A stretch of 64,000 nucleotides of DNA from Alloprevotella sp. Its GTDB lineage: Bacteria; Bacteroidota; Bacteroidia; Bacteroidales; Bacteroidaceae. Of this stretch, positions 50,238 through 60,078 are shown one piece after another. The stretch's first letter is position 1, and each line of letters begins with the position of its first letter. Where the stretch lies: assembly GCA_045631665.1 (NCBI GenBank), contig JAZQVD010000051.1:60754-124753 (forward strand), given 5' to 3'. The notes below the pieces were generated by a model. The model was given only the letters and a program-made list of their open reading frames with translations, was not told where the DNA came from and did not search any database. The position numbers and the translations under genes were made by a program.

Positions 50238-51398
50238 TTAGACTTTTGTAGTTGTGGTTTTCTGCTTACGCCCTTTAATCAGCGCAGAAATCCATACGTG
50301 CATGCTGGTCCAAAGGAGGATGTCAAGACAGAAGAGTAGGTTGATATTTAGAAGGTCTAACAAAAGTAGGTTGAGGAGCACGAAGAATGCCGCTAACATC
50401 AAAATCACCACGAGGGTTGCACGATGGCTCAAACCGAGGTCTATAAAGCGGTGGTGGATGTGCGTGCGGTCGGGTTTAAAAGGATTCTTGTGCGCACGGA
50501 TGCGATTTCCAAAAACGCGGAAGGTATCCAACACGGGAACCATGATAATTGAGAATGCCACAACGAGAGGTGTAGACTGCAACACATCGGTCAGCACACC
50601 TGTCTCTGCAAGATTTACAGCAGCATCTACAGCGGGCGTTCTGCTCATGGAAAAACTGATGGCGAAATAGGCAAGCAGAAGTCCGATTGTTTGAGACCCG
50701 CAGTCGCCCATAAATATCTTGCGACGACGCTCTACACTACCGTAGACATTGAAGAAGAAGAAAGTGAGCACCGCTCCTAATGAGGCAAATGCCAAGACCG
50801 CATTTAGGTATTCACCGAGACTGAAAAACAGACATCCAAAGAAGAAAAATCCGATGATGCCAAGCCCTGCAGCCAACCCGTCTATGCCATCAATGAGATT
50901 CATAGCATTGACAACAAACACCGTAGCTGTAACGCTCAAGGGAATACCAAACCACGCGGGGATTTCTGTGAGTCCGAAGAGTCCGTAGAAATTATCCATC
51001 CACACCCCAGCAACCGCCAGGCATGTCGCCCCTAGAAATTGCACGAGAAACTTGAGTTTGTAACCCGAGTCTAAAATATCATCGGTCATACCTCCGAAAT
51101 AAATCATCAAGAGGGCTGCAATGAAGAGCACAAGTTCAAACGCACCTGCTTGGAATTGCACCGCCAACGCTTTGTCTTCAGCAAGCAAACTCACCCCAAA
51201 CGCCAGCGCCACACCCATAATGATAGAGGGCGCAAATGCTACACCACCGAGGCGTGATACTACCACCTTGTGCACCTTGCGTTCATCGATTTTGTCGAAC
51301 AAGCGCTTCTTATAAGAAAACCTTACCAGTTGCGGAATTAGCAAGTACGTAATTACCACGCTCAGTAAGAAAGCGAGAAGAATTGCTATTTTTGTCAT
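50238..51398 (-). CDS. MraY-family (WecA/TagO-like) undecaprenyl-phosphate sugar-1-phosphate transferase
   Basis: RLGG, G..DD, NA.NLIDGIDG, FMGD.GS, HIHH. Confidence 0.9.
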   Translation of the reverse strand: MTKIAILLAFLLSVVITYLLIPQLVRFSYKKRLFDKIDERKVHKVVVSRLGGVAFAPSIIMGVALAFGVSLLAEDKALAVQFQAGAFELVLFIAALLMIYFGGMTDDILDSGYKLKFLVQFLGATCLAVAGVWMDNFYGLFGLTEIPAWFGIPLSVTATVFVVNAMNLIDGIDGLAAGLGIIGFFFFGCLFFSLGEYLNAVLAFASLGAVLTFFFFNVYGSVERRRKIFMGDCGSQTIGLLLAYFAISFSMSRTPAVDAAVNLAETGVLTDVLQSTPLVVAFSIIMVPVLDTFRVFGNRIRAHKNPFKPDRTHIHHRFIDLGLSHRATLVVILMLAAFFVLLNLLLLDLLNINLLFCLDILLWTSMHVWISALIKGRKQKTTTTKV

Positions 51399-51673
51399 TT
51401 CCAAATAGTTTCAACACCCGCACCGCCCTTACGACAGCACAGATACAGGCACGAAAAAGAGCCTTGCAATAGTGCAAGGATAGAGTTTCTCCAGTAAAGA
51501 TAAGCGATTGATAGATACAATTCACCCTCTTACAAGGGTATGTAACTTTAAGTGTTTCAATATGTTAACAACAATGCCGAAGGGGCGAAATAACGTCAAA
51601 AACCGTAAATCCCTCAGCACTAAATTGTTGCAAAATTCCAGTTGTTTTGAAACCACTCATACGTGTTACCTCG

Positions 51674-51704
51674 CAAAGGTACACTTTATTTATATAATGA
51701 GCAA
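51674..51704 (-). promoter_or_regulatory. promoter of the polysaccharide locus
   Basis: Minus strand TTG-N20-TACCTTTG. Confidence 0.65.
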
Positions 51705-51985
51705 GGAAAAATCAGAGAAAAGTTGGACTGCTGCGCAGCAAATTACCCCCCCTGTTTTGTAAAGTAGATTTTACAAATAAGGAATAATAATAAAACCCAA
51801 CCTGTTTACCACAAAAAACAGCACCCGTTTTTTTGTGAATCTCAACAACCAGTCACACAGTTCATCGTTACTATATACCAAGAGAAAGCACCGAAAAACT
51901 CCGATGAAATCGTGCTTTTTTGAAAACATAAAGGCATCTTTTCACACACATACCCCTCCAAATTTCACCCCTGAAAAGCACCACC

Positions 51986-52072
51986 AAAATTGTTAGTAAC
52001 CTAAAAGAAATTATTAGTAACATAATTTAAATTGTTAGTAATATAATTTTTACAAGGTTACTAATAATTTTT
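51986..52072. repeat. 21-bp-period palindromic element, copy 6 (four units)
   Basis: Three forward AATTRTTAGTAA units and one reverse unit. Confidence 0.9.
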
Positions 52073-52330
52073 ATGGAATTTCTAATACGCACAACAAATT
52101 CACTACCATCACTTTAAATATTTGCCCGTTTTTCAAAAATCTCGCACACTCTTTTCTTAAAAATACCTAAAAACGGGATGGTTGTACGTGGGGTAGAAAA
52201 AATATGTGTATTTTTGCTTTATAAATATATTACGAGGGCGCTGTTTTCTGACAGAGAACAGCAAATAACGGACCTGCATTTTTGCAGAATAGGTCTTTAC
52301 CCTCTCATTTTCAACAAATAAGACACGGTT

Positions 52331-53188
52331 ATGAACAAGCAACTATTTCTTTTACTTGCCTTCATCATAGGCAGCGCTGTTAATACGCTTGCGCAAGACG
52401 ACCTTTACTTTGTGCCCTCAAAGAAGAAGGCGAAGAAGGTGCAGGCGGAGCAGTATGACGCTGTGGAATACGACGATTGGGCAGAGGGGCGCAATAGCGA
52501 TATGGATATTGACGCCTACAACCGACGTAGCGACGCGGCACATAAAGACGCCGACACATACCCCGAACCTGCTGACGAATCAACGTCACTCACCAACCGC
52601 ATCGTGCGCTTTCACGCACCAGGCATTACGGTTGTGAGCAGTCCCTACTACACAGATTATATCGACGTCTACACCGACCCGTGGTACGCCTTTTACCGTC
52701 CCTACAGTTGGTATGATTTCGGGTGGCACAACTATTATGGTTGGCACACTTCTTGGTGGTGGAGCACGCCCTACTATTGGCACTCCAGTTGGTACGACCC
52801 TTGGTGGGGCTGGCACGGACATTATCACCCCATTTATTACCCTGGGTGGCATCCGCACCATGGCGGTCATCACCACCATTATTATCCTTCACGCACGGAG
52901 CATCGCCGTCCCGTCGCAAGCAATCGTGGATACCGCCCCAGCACAGAGCGTGGCACACGTCCGTCAGCCGATCGTCGTCCCAGCCAGAACCGCAATAGCG
53001 TTTCTACAAACCGCAACAACAGTTCGACAAATCGCAACACTATTTCTTCTGACCGTAATTCAAGAACCCCATCTTCGTCAACAGTTTCGCCGAGCAGAAA
53101 CGAACGCCCGCAACGTACAATGAGTGGCGGGGGAGGCGGAAGTAGACCTCAGCGCTCTATGGGCGGCAGTGGCGGACGCAGAAGATAA
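52331..53188 (+). CDS. secreted low-complexity protein (W/Y/H-rich middle, R/S/G-rich tail)
   Basis: Signal peptide, DDLYF, D.DAYNRR, RI.RFH; lies directly upstream of the FadL-like gene. Confidence 0.75.
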   Translation: MNKQLFLLLAFIIGSAVNTLAQDDLYFVPSKKKAKKVQAEQYDAVEYDDWAEGRNSDMDIDAYNRRSDAAHKDADTYPEPADESTSLTNRIVRFHAPGITVVSSPYYTDYIDVYTDPWYAFYRPYSWYDFGWHNYYGWHTSWWWSTPYYWHSSWYDPWWGWHGHYHPIYYPGWHPHHGGHHHHYYPSRTEHRRPVASNRGYRPSTERGTRPSADRRPSQNRNSVSTNRNNSSTNRNTISSDRNSRTPSSSTVSPSRNERPQRTMSGGGGGSRPQRSMGGSGGRRR

Positions 53189-53250
53189 ACAAGGCACGAG
53201 ACACATCGTTGCCTTCCACCGTTAACCTATCACCATCAACCTTTTACATT

Positions 53251-54798
53251 ATGAAACGCATCATACTCCCCTTACTTTTACTTGCCTCAACCGCTACAGC
53301 GCAAGACATTTATCGCATGGAGTCATTCACGAGCAACGACCTTAACGGCACGGCGCGCTTCGTGGGAATGGGCGGTGCGATGAGCGCTTTGGGCGCCGAC
53401 ATTTCGGTGATGGGCACCAACCCTGCGGGGATTGGTCTGTACCGCCGCAGTGATTTTGCCGCTACGGCAAGTTTGACCGCGCAGCCACATGCTGAGGAGT
53501 TTAACGGCATCGGACGCACACGCGCCTCGTTTGACCAAATCGGGTTTGTATATACTGTGGATATGGGCGGCGACTTTGACGGACTGCGGTTCATGAATTT
53601 TGGGGTGAACTATCAGAACAACCGCAACTTCAAGAACCACATCAATGTGCAGAACTTCGCTACGGGCGGACTCTCGCAGTCGTGGCAGATGATGGACCTT
53701 GCTTATTCGGGCGGATGGCTTGATTTGGGGTACAACAAGGATAGAGAATTGACCACGCCCTTTACCAACATGGGTTACGACACCCAACTCATCTATCCCA
53801 CTTACGACAGTGAGGGTTACGTGGACGGTTACGAACCGTCGGATGCCGATAGTTACACGTACCGTCGCGTACAGTGGGGCGGCAAACACGACATTGATTT
53901 CAACGTAGCAGCAAACATCAACGACCGCCTCTACGTGGGTGTGACGGCGACCTATCATTTCTTGGATCAGAAGAGTTACACGGACTATTCAGAAATGCTT
54001 ATCGACCCCACAGACAATAGTCTGCACGAATACTTCTACCTCAACGATGAGCGCACCGAAGGCGAGGGTTACAGCGGTTCATTAGGCGTCATCTTCCGCC
54101 CCATTGAGGAAAGTCCCTTCAGAGTTGGGTTGAGCATCCACATGCCTACGTATTACGAAATCGAGACCTCATCAGACCTCTATATGGAGATGCCCTACGC
54201 CAACGGAGCGCACGACTACTCTGCCCAAAGCGACGGCGTGTATAACCATTACGAAATACGCACTCCCTGGCGCTTTAACGTTTCAATGGGCGGTACGGTG
54301 GGCGACTTCTTGGCCTACGGCGCTGAATACGAATACTACGACGCCAGTTCGATGCGCGTTACATACGACGACGGACTTTACAAGGATTATGCCTTAAAGC
54401 ATGAGGCAGACCGCTGCCTTCAGGGTGTGCACACGCTTCGCTTGGGCGCCGAGCTCCGACTTGTTGACGGACTTTACGCACGCGCGGGTTACAACTATCA
54501 GAGTTCGCCCTTCAAGAAGCATGCCTACCTCAACCAGTTCTTGGATAGCAGCAACTACTACTATTCTACAAATACGGACTACGTCAATCTTGGCGAACTG
54601 CAGCGCCTCACGGCGGGTGTAGGTTACCGCTCGGGCAGTTGGTATGCCGATATGTCGTATCAATATCAGGTGCAGACGGCAGACGTCTATGCCTTCCACC
54701 TCCCCGAAGGCGGAGTGAGCAGCGCCAACCGCCTGCAGGCAGCGCGCGTAGACCTTGACCGTCACAACGTGCAACTCACTGTGGGTTATAAGTTCTAA
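53251..54798 (+). CDS. FadL/OmpP1-like outer-membrane beta-barrel
   Basis: Signal peptide, GTARF.GMGGA..ALG.D.S...NPAG, C-terminal GYKF. Confidence 0.85.
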   Translation: MKRIILPLLLLASTATAQDIYRMESFTSNDLNGTARFVGMGGAMSALGADISVMGTNPAGIGLYRRSDFAATASLTAQPHAEEFNGIGRTRASFDQIGFVYTVDMGGDFDGLRFMNFGVNYQNNRNFKNHINVQNFATGGLSQSWQMMDLAYSGGWLDLGYNKDRELTTPFTNMGYDTQLIYPTYDSEGYVDGYEPSDADSYTYRRVQWGGKHDIDFNVAANINDRLYVGVTATYHFLDQKSYTDYSEMLIDPTDNSLHEYFYLNDERTEGEGYSGSLGVIFRPIEESPFRVGLSIHMPTYYEIETSSDLYMEMPYANGAHDYSAQSDGVYNHYEIRTPWRFNVSMGGTVGDFLAYGAEYEYYDASSMRVTYDDGLYKDYALKHEADRCLQGVHTLRLGAELRLVDGLYARAGYNYQSSPFKKHAYLNQFLDSSNYYYSTNTDYVNLGELQRLTAGVGYRSGSWYADMSYQYQVQTADVYAFHLPEGGVSSANRLQAARVDLDRHNVQLTVGYKF

Positions 54799-54887
54799 AA
54801 CCACGCACACAGTTGCGCGATTTTATGCATATTTATACGCAGCGCGACGCGCAATATACTGCTGCGAAAAACAACATTACTTTTAGC

Positions 54888-54953
54888 AAAAATTATTAGT
54901 AACATATTTTAAATTATTAGTAACCTTTTTCAAAATATGTTACTAATAATTTT
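54888..54953. repeat. 21-bp-period palindromic element, copy 7
   Basis: Two forward units and one reverse unit, no tail. Confidence 0.88.
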
Positions 54954-55046
54954 GACTATCTTTAACCCGCTAATAATCAAGTGGATTTGAAACCGCAAAA
55001 ACGCGGACTTCAAACTGCATAAAATCCTGAAAATTTATACAAAAAT

Positions 55047-55089
55047 AAGCGAGCGAGGGCGCATAAAGCACCTTCGCTCGCTCGTTTTT
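55047..55089. terminator. probable bidirectional terminator
   Basis: AGCGAGCGAGGG...CCTTCGCTCGCT between convergent genes. Confidence 0.7.
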
Positions 55090-55121
55090 ATTGGTAAGAA
55101 TATAGGTATTATACTTGCGTA

Positions 55122-55817
55122 TTATTCTGCCGACGCCGCCATGCGTAAACGGGCAAATTCCTCGATGAAATCGATGGTTTTTGAAATTCCGAGTACCGAA
55201 GAATTGAGGCAAAGGTCATAGGTTTTTGCCTCACCCCAGCGCGAGGAGGCGTAGAAGTTATAATACGTTTCGCGCGTACTGTCACCGTTGTGCATTAAGC
55301 GCTTGGCATCCTTCTCATCCACCTTGTGGTGGTTCATAATTCGGGCAATGCGGTCCGACTCATCAGCAGAGATAAAAATATTGAGGCAATTGGGGTAGTC
55401 GCGCAAGACATAATCGGCGCAACGACCGATGAAAACGCCACCTTTTAACTGCTGCGCCGCCTTACGAATAGCCTCGGCCTGAATACGGAAGAGCGACTCG
55501 TCAGAGAGTTGGTTTTGATAAAAACCCGTAGTGTGCCCAATGACCGGAACCACCGATTCAAAGAGCGACTGAAAGAAACCCTTGTGCTCATCACTACGCT
55601 CAAACACCTCCGTACAGAAACCGCTTTCGCGCGCAGCAATATCAAGCAATTCTTTATCGTAATACTCCATGCCAAAGCGGCGGGCGAGCTCTTTACCCAC
55701 CTCACGGCCACCACTACCCAATTGGCGACCGATATTTATAATCAATGGCGCGGATTTTAATTCGGAGAATGATAGATTTTCAACGGGCGTGCCGTCACTA
55801 TTAAAGAAGTTATGCAT
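55122..55817 (-). CDS. cytidylate kinase-like family protein
   Basis: IGRQLGSGG, GRCADY, YDLC.NS. Confidence 0.85.
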   Translation of the reverse strand: MHNFFNSDGTPVENLSFSELKSAPLIINIGRQLGSGGREVGKELARRFGMEYYDKELLDIAARESGFCTEVFERSDEHKGFFQSLFESVVPVIGHTTGFYQNQLSDESLFRIQAEAIRKAAQQLKGGVFIGRCADYVLRDYPNCLNIFISADESDRIARIMNHHKVDEKDAKRLMHNGDSTRETYYNFYASSRWGEAKTYDLCLNSSVLGISKTIDFIEEFARLRMAASAE

Positions 55818-55870
55818 ACGTAGAGGTTATAGGGGAAAGGTTAGTGAGGGAAGAAGGATTGTATTTGTTC

Positions 55871-56764
55871 TGCTTTTGCCCCGATGGGGCGTAAACATAA
55901 CCACAACATACCCAGGGCGTTGCCCTGATTTGATAGATTTAACCCCTTTGGGGTATCTAATGCCGCCATGCCACCATTTTAGAGGGGCAAAATACAGCGA
56001 GTTGAAGATGCGATACGAAGTGATTTGAGCAGTGCGTTGAGTACGAAGAACAGTACTGAAAGAGTCGCCATACGCTCATTTTTGGAGTGGCATAAACTAT
56101 AGTGGGGAACGGGAATCTGCCCCATCGGGGCTTTAATCCGTCAGACCAGGGCAACGCCCTGGGTAGCAGTACAAACGAGGAGCGCCCCATCGGGGCAAAA
56201 GCAAGGAGCGTCAATCACTCATGACATATTTCTCGTCATACTCAACATTATATAGTTTCAAGAAAGCGAGATACTCATCTTGAAAAGTCTGTTTCTTGTG
56301 ATGTTCTCTTTGGTTATTGACATACGCAATGGTTTTATCTAATCCAGATTGACTTACCGAAAACACAGCGTAACCACTTTGCCAAGCAAAATACCTATAA
56401 TGTGGTGACAGAGTCTTAATCCACCGACTACTGTTGCGTTTAATTTCCTCAACTAGTCTTGCAATGGTTTGCTCTCTACCCAACTGACAGACAATGTGAA
56501 CATGATCTTCAACACCTCCTACCCGCAGCACCTGACAACCAGCTATATTTGTTAGTTGTCCTATATAGCGATGCACATCATCAAGGTTAGACTCCAAGAT
56601 TAGAGGACTTGTAGTTTTTACATGGAAGACCAAATGCAAATATATTTTACATAGAGATTGTGCCATGATAAGTTGTTTTGCTTTTGCCCCGATGGGGCGT
56701 GAATACAACCGCAACATCCCCCAGGGCGTTGCCCTGGGCTGATAGATTTAACCCCTTTGGGGTA
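55871..56764. repeat. three ~85-bp REP/REPIN-like units (55871-55955, 56118-56203 inverted, 56679-56764)
   Basis: Each unit is GCCCCGATGGGGC - CCCAGGGCGTTGCCCTG - R-CCCC-NNN-GGGG. Confidence 0.88.
56211..56666 (-). mobile_element. tnpA: IS200/IS605-superfamily Y1 (HUH) transposase, RAYT-like
   Basis: DHVH, WQSGY, Y..NQ.EHH; flanked by inverted REP units; no tnpB. Confidence 0.88.
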
Positions 56765-56835
56765 ACTTGCACACACAGAAACACCACACACATTCACCTA
56801 AGGCAAACCTTTAAACTATCTGCGGTTGGGCAACA

Positions 56836-58206
56836 TTAGTTATTAGCTGTTTGCATCGCCCTAAAGCTCTTCATTTGGTACCAAAGCATGACGACAGACA
56901 CGATGGTCGCCATAGCGTCGGAGAAAGGCATTGCGTACCACACGCCGTCCACTTTATTATCCAAGAACATAGGGATAATCAGTATGGCAGGAAGCAGGAA
57001 GAGCATTTGGCGCGTGAGCGAAAGGAAGATGCTTTTGCCGGCATAACCGATGCTCTGGAAGAAGGCCGTTGACACAATCTGGAAACCAATGAGCGGGAAG
57101 CACATCACCTGGATGCGCAAGCCGTGGGCGGCTGCAGCGATGAGTTCGGGAGAATCTTTAGCAAAAGGCGTAACGCAAAACTCTGCGAAGAAGGTGCCGA
57201 TGACGAATCCCGTAGTTGTAATGCCCGTAGCCACAATAATAGAAAGTTTCAAGACGCGCATGATGCGGTCAAACTTACGCGCGCCGAAATTGTAACCGGC
57301 AATAGGTTGCATACCCTGATTCAACCCGATGACCACCATTACCACGAAGAGCGCCAAGCGGTTTACAACCCCGAATGCCCCAACGGCAATATCGCCGCCG
57401 TAGGTAGTCATGGAGCGCGTCACGAAGATGGCCACCGTGCAGGCACAAAGATTAATGAGGAAGTTGGGTGCGCCAATCGTCAACGACTCCTTAAGAATCT
57501 TTTTCTTAATGCGAATACGCTTGACATCCAGGCGAATGGGAGAATCTTTAGACACAAACAAATGCAGCTCCCACATCAGCATAATTACCTGAGAGAGAAT
57601 CGTTGCCGCTGCAGCACCCGAGATGCCCCATTTGAAGACAAAGATAAACAAGGGCGCCAGGAGACAGTTGAGAGCTACCGTTCCAAAGGTGGCATACATA
57701 GCTTGTTTCGGGCGGTTGGTAGAACGGAGCAACGAGTTGAGACCAAGGTAAAGATGCGTCACGATATTACCTGCAAGAATCACGGTCATGAAGTCGCGTG
57801 CAGGACCTATGGTCAAGTCGCTGGCACCGAAGAAGCGCAGAATGGGGTCGATGCACAAGAGGAGCAGAATCCCGAGCGAAGTACCCATTATGACATTCAT
57901 AATCACTACATTCCCGAGGATGTCTCGCGCCGTATCGTAGTCCTTCTGTCCGAGCTTTACGGACATAAGTGTAGAACCGCCCACGCCCACCATAGCGCCA
58001 AACGCTGCGGTGAGGGACATAATGGGCCCTGTAAGCGCAAGTCCCATAATTGCCTCTTCACCAACACCTTGTCCAATAAAGATAGCGTCGATAATGTGGT
58101 AGAGCGACGAGGCCGTCATGGCGATAATCGCGGGGATGGCATACTGCATGAGCAGACTCCCCACGGGGCGCTCGCCGAGTTCTAAGAATTTATTTTCGTC
58201 TTGCAT
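56836..58206 (-). CDS. MATE-family efflux transporter
   Basis: P.I..M....Y...D..FIG, QP..GYNFGA; start ATG 58206; -7 box TAACTTTG at 58312-58319. Confidence 0.9.
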   Translation of the reverse strand: MQDENKFLELGERPVGSLLMQYAIPAIIAMTASSLYHIIDAIFIGQGVGEEAIMGLALTGPIMSLTAAFGAMVGVGGSTLMSVKLGQKDYDTARDILGNVVIMNVIMGTSLGILLLLCIDPILRFFGASDLTIGPARDFMTVILAGNIVTHLYLGLNSLLRSTNRPKQAMYATFGTVALNCLLAPLFIFVFKWGISGAAAATILSQVIMLMWELHLFVSKDSPIRLDVKRIRIKKKILKESLTIGAPNFLINLCACTVAIFVTRSMTTYGGDIAVGAFGVVNRLALFVVMVVIGLNQGMQPIAGYNFGARKFDRIMRVLKLSIIVATGITTTGFVIGTFFAEFCVTPFAKDSPELIAAAAHGLRIQVMCFPLIGFQIVSTAFFQSIGYAGKSIFLSLTRQMLFLLPAILIIPMFLDNKVDGVWYAMPFSDAMATIVSVVMLWYQMKSFRAMQTANN

Positions 58207-58339
58207 TGTGAGAGAAAGTAAATCGTTCTTACATGTTGGCGCAATACGAGGAGTGCGATTTCCCAATAAGAGTGTTAAGAAAAATTGCACTTTGTGCGCC
58301 CAACCTGCTTGCAAAGTTAAAAACTATTGACACACGCAA

Positions 58340-58404
58340 AAAATTATTCGGTACTTATTTCAAAACATGTGCCGAATAATTTGAAATAAGTGCCGAACTG
58401 TTTT
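58340..58404. repeat. variant 21-bp-period element (core TTCGG(C/T)AC)
   Basis: aaattattcggtacttatttc / aaaacatgtgccgaataattt / gaaataagtgccgaactgttt. Confidence 0.75.
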
Positions 58405-58586
58405 GAGAGTGTTCAAGGTCATTTTCACGGGGAGGGAGCAGGGGTTGCGCACGCCTTATTTTGCCTTCCAAAACCACCTTACAGAGTCGCCTCGGCGGGA
58501 CAAAAATTTGTGCTAAAAATATTTCTAAAAAAATATTGCACTGACGCTTCTAAAAGTCACTAAAAATCGCTAATTTTACACTCCAA

Positions 58587-59510
58587 ATGAAAGAGCCTAA
58601 AAAAATAGATTGTTATCATGTTCCCGTGATGTTGTCGGAGTGTCTGGATGCGATGAATATTCGTCCAGACGGAACCTATATCGATGTGACTTTCGGCGGC
58701 GGCGGACACAGCAAGGGAATCCTCAAACATCTGTCGGAAGAAGGCCACCTTTTCGGGTTTGACCAGGATGCCGATGCCGAGCAAAATATCCCTGCCGACG
58801 ATGAGCGTTTTACCTTTGTAAGAAGCAATTTCCGTTACCTCAAGAATTGGATGCGCTACTACGATGTTGACGGGGTGGATGCGCTGTTGGCAGACTTGGG
58901 TGTGAGCAGCCACCACTTTGATGCCGAGGAGCGCGGGTTCTCTTTCCGCTTCGATGCCCCACTTGACATGCGCATGAATGGCCGAGGAGGCATGACGGCG
59001 GCCGATGTGGTGAACAAATATTCGGAGGAACAATTGGCAAACATCTTCTTCCTTTTTGGCGAGTTGAAGAATGCGCGCAAGTTGGCGAGTGTCATCGTGA
59101 AGGCACGCAGTCAGCAAACGATTGTCATGATACAAGATTTGCTCGACATCGTTAAGCCGCTCATGGGGCGCGACCGTGAGAAGAAAGATCTGGCAAAGGT
59201 TTTCCAGGCGCTCCGCATTGAAGTCAACCACGAAATGGATGCGCTTCAGGAAATGCTTGAGGGTGCGCTTCGCGTGCTGAAGCCTGGCGGGCGACTCGTT
59301 ATTATGACCTACCATTCTTTGGAAGATCGCATGGTGAAAAACTTTATGCGTAGCGGAAACATCGAGGGGAAGGTGGAGCAAGACTTCTTTGGCAACCGCA
59401 CCGCCCCCATCCGTCCGCTCAGCAATAAGGTAATCATCCCTACGGCTGAAGAGCAGGAACAAAACCCGAGAAGTCGCAGCGCGAAGTTGAGGGTGGCGGA
59501 GAAAATTTAA
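58587..59510 (+). CDS. rsmH: 16S rRNA m4C1402 methyltransferase
   Basis: HVPVM, D.TFGGGGHS, DLGVSS, LDMRM, HSLEDR, NPRSRSAKLR. Confidence 0.97.
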   Translation: MKEPKKIDCYHVPVMLSECLDAMNIRPDGTYIDVTFGGGGHSKGILKHLSEEGHLFGFDQDADAEQNIPADDERFTFVRSNFRYLKNWMRYYDVDGVDALLADLGVSSHHFDAEERGFSFRFDAPLDMRMNGRGGMTAADVVNKYSEEQLANIFFLFGELKNARKLASVIVKARSQQTIVMIQDLLDIVKPLMGRDREKKDLAKVFQALRIEVNHEMDALQEMLEGALRVLKPGGRLVIMTYHSLEDRMVKNFMRSGNIEGKVEQDFFGNRTAPIRPLSNKVIIPTAEEQEQNPRSRSAKLRVAEKI

Positions 59511-59628
59511 AAGGAGAAAGGAAAAAGGAGAACGACCATGCGGGACTCTCAACTTTTGACTCTCAACTTTTGACTCTCGACAGTTCATCTCGTATACTCG
59601 TTTACTAAAAACTCTTCTACTTAAAAAA

Positions 59629-60078
59629 ATGAAAGACCAAACCATCACCCCACCCCAGGAGGTGAACGAAGAAATAGAACAGGCCGCACTTGAGGAAGAG
59701 GTGAAGGTCAAAAAGCAAGACAAGGAGAAATTGTTTAACGAGCTCACCGGTAGCGATGACGTATCGTTGGCAGCTATCCTTGCTGGCGACATTCTGGCGG
59801 GAAGTTGGTTCCGTCAGAATTTCCTTTATATAGTCTTTGTTACTATACTCACCGTGGCTTATGTGAGTAACCGCTACTTCTGTCAGCAGGAGCAGATTGA
59901 AACGAAGCAACTCAATGAGCAACTTATTGATATTCGCTACAAACTGCTGACTACCTCCAGCGAACTGCGTAAGAACTCGCGCGCCAGCATTATTGAGCAA
60001 CACCTGAAAGACACTACGCTACGCGCCGGTACAACTCCAAATTTTAAGATTGTCAGAGATGGAATTTCCGAAAGATAA
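59629..60078 (+). CDS. ftsL: FtsL-like cell division protein
   Basis: Single TM plus coiled coil, between rsmH and ftsI. Confidence 0.75.
   Translation: MKDQTITPPQEVNEEIEQAALEEEVKVKKQDKEKLFNELTGSDDVSLAAILAGDILAGSWFRQNFLYIVFVTILTVAYVSNRYFCQQEQIETKQLNEQLIDIRYKLLTTSSELRKNSRASIIEQHLKDTTLRAGTTPNFKIVRDGISER

Larger units (their letters stand above)
23049..51404 (-). other. Wzx/Wzy-dependent surface polysaccharide locus
   Basis: Co-oriented initiating transferases, 5 intact GTs, wzx, wzy and tailoring genes; AT-rich centre (~26.2-48.1 kb). Confidence 0.9.
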
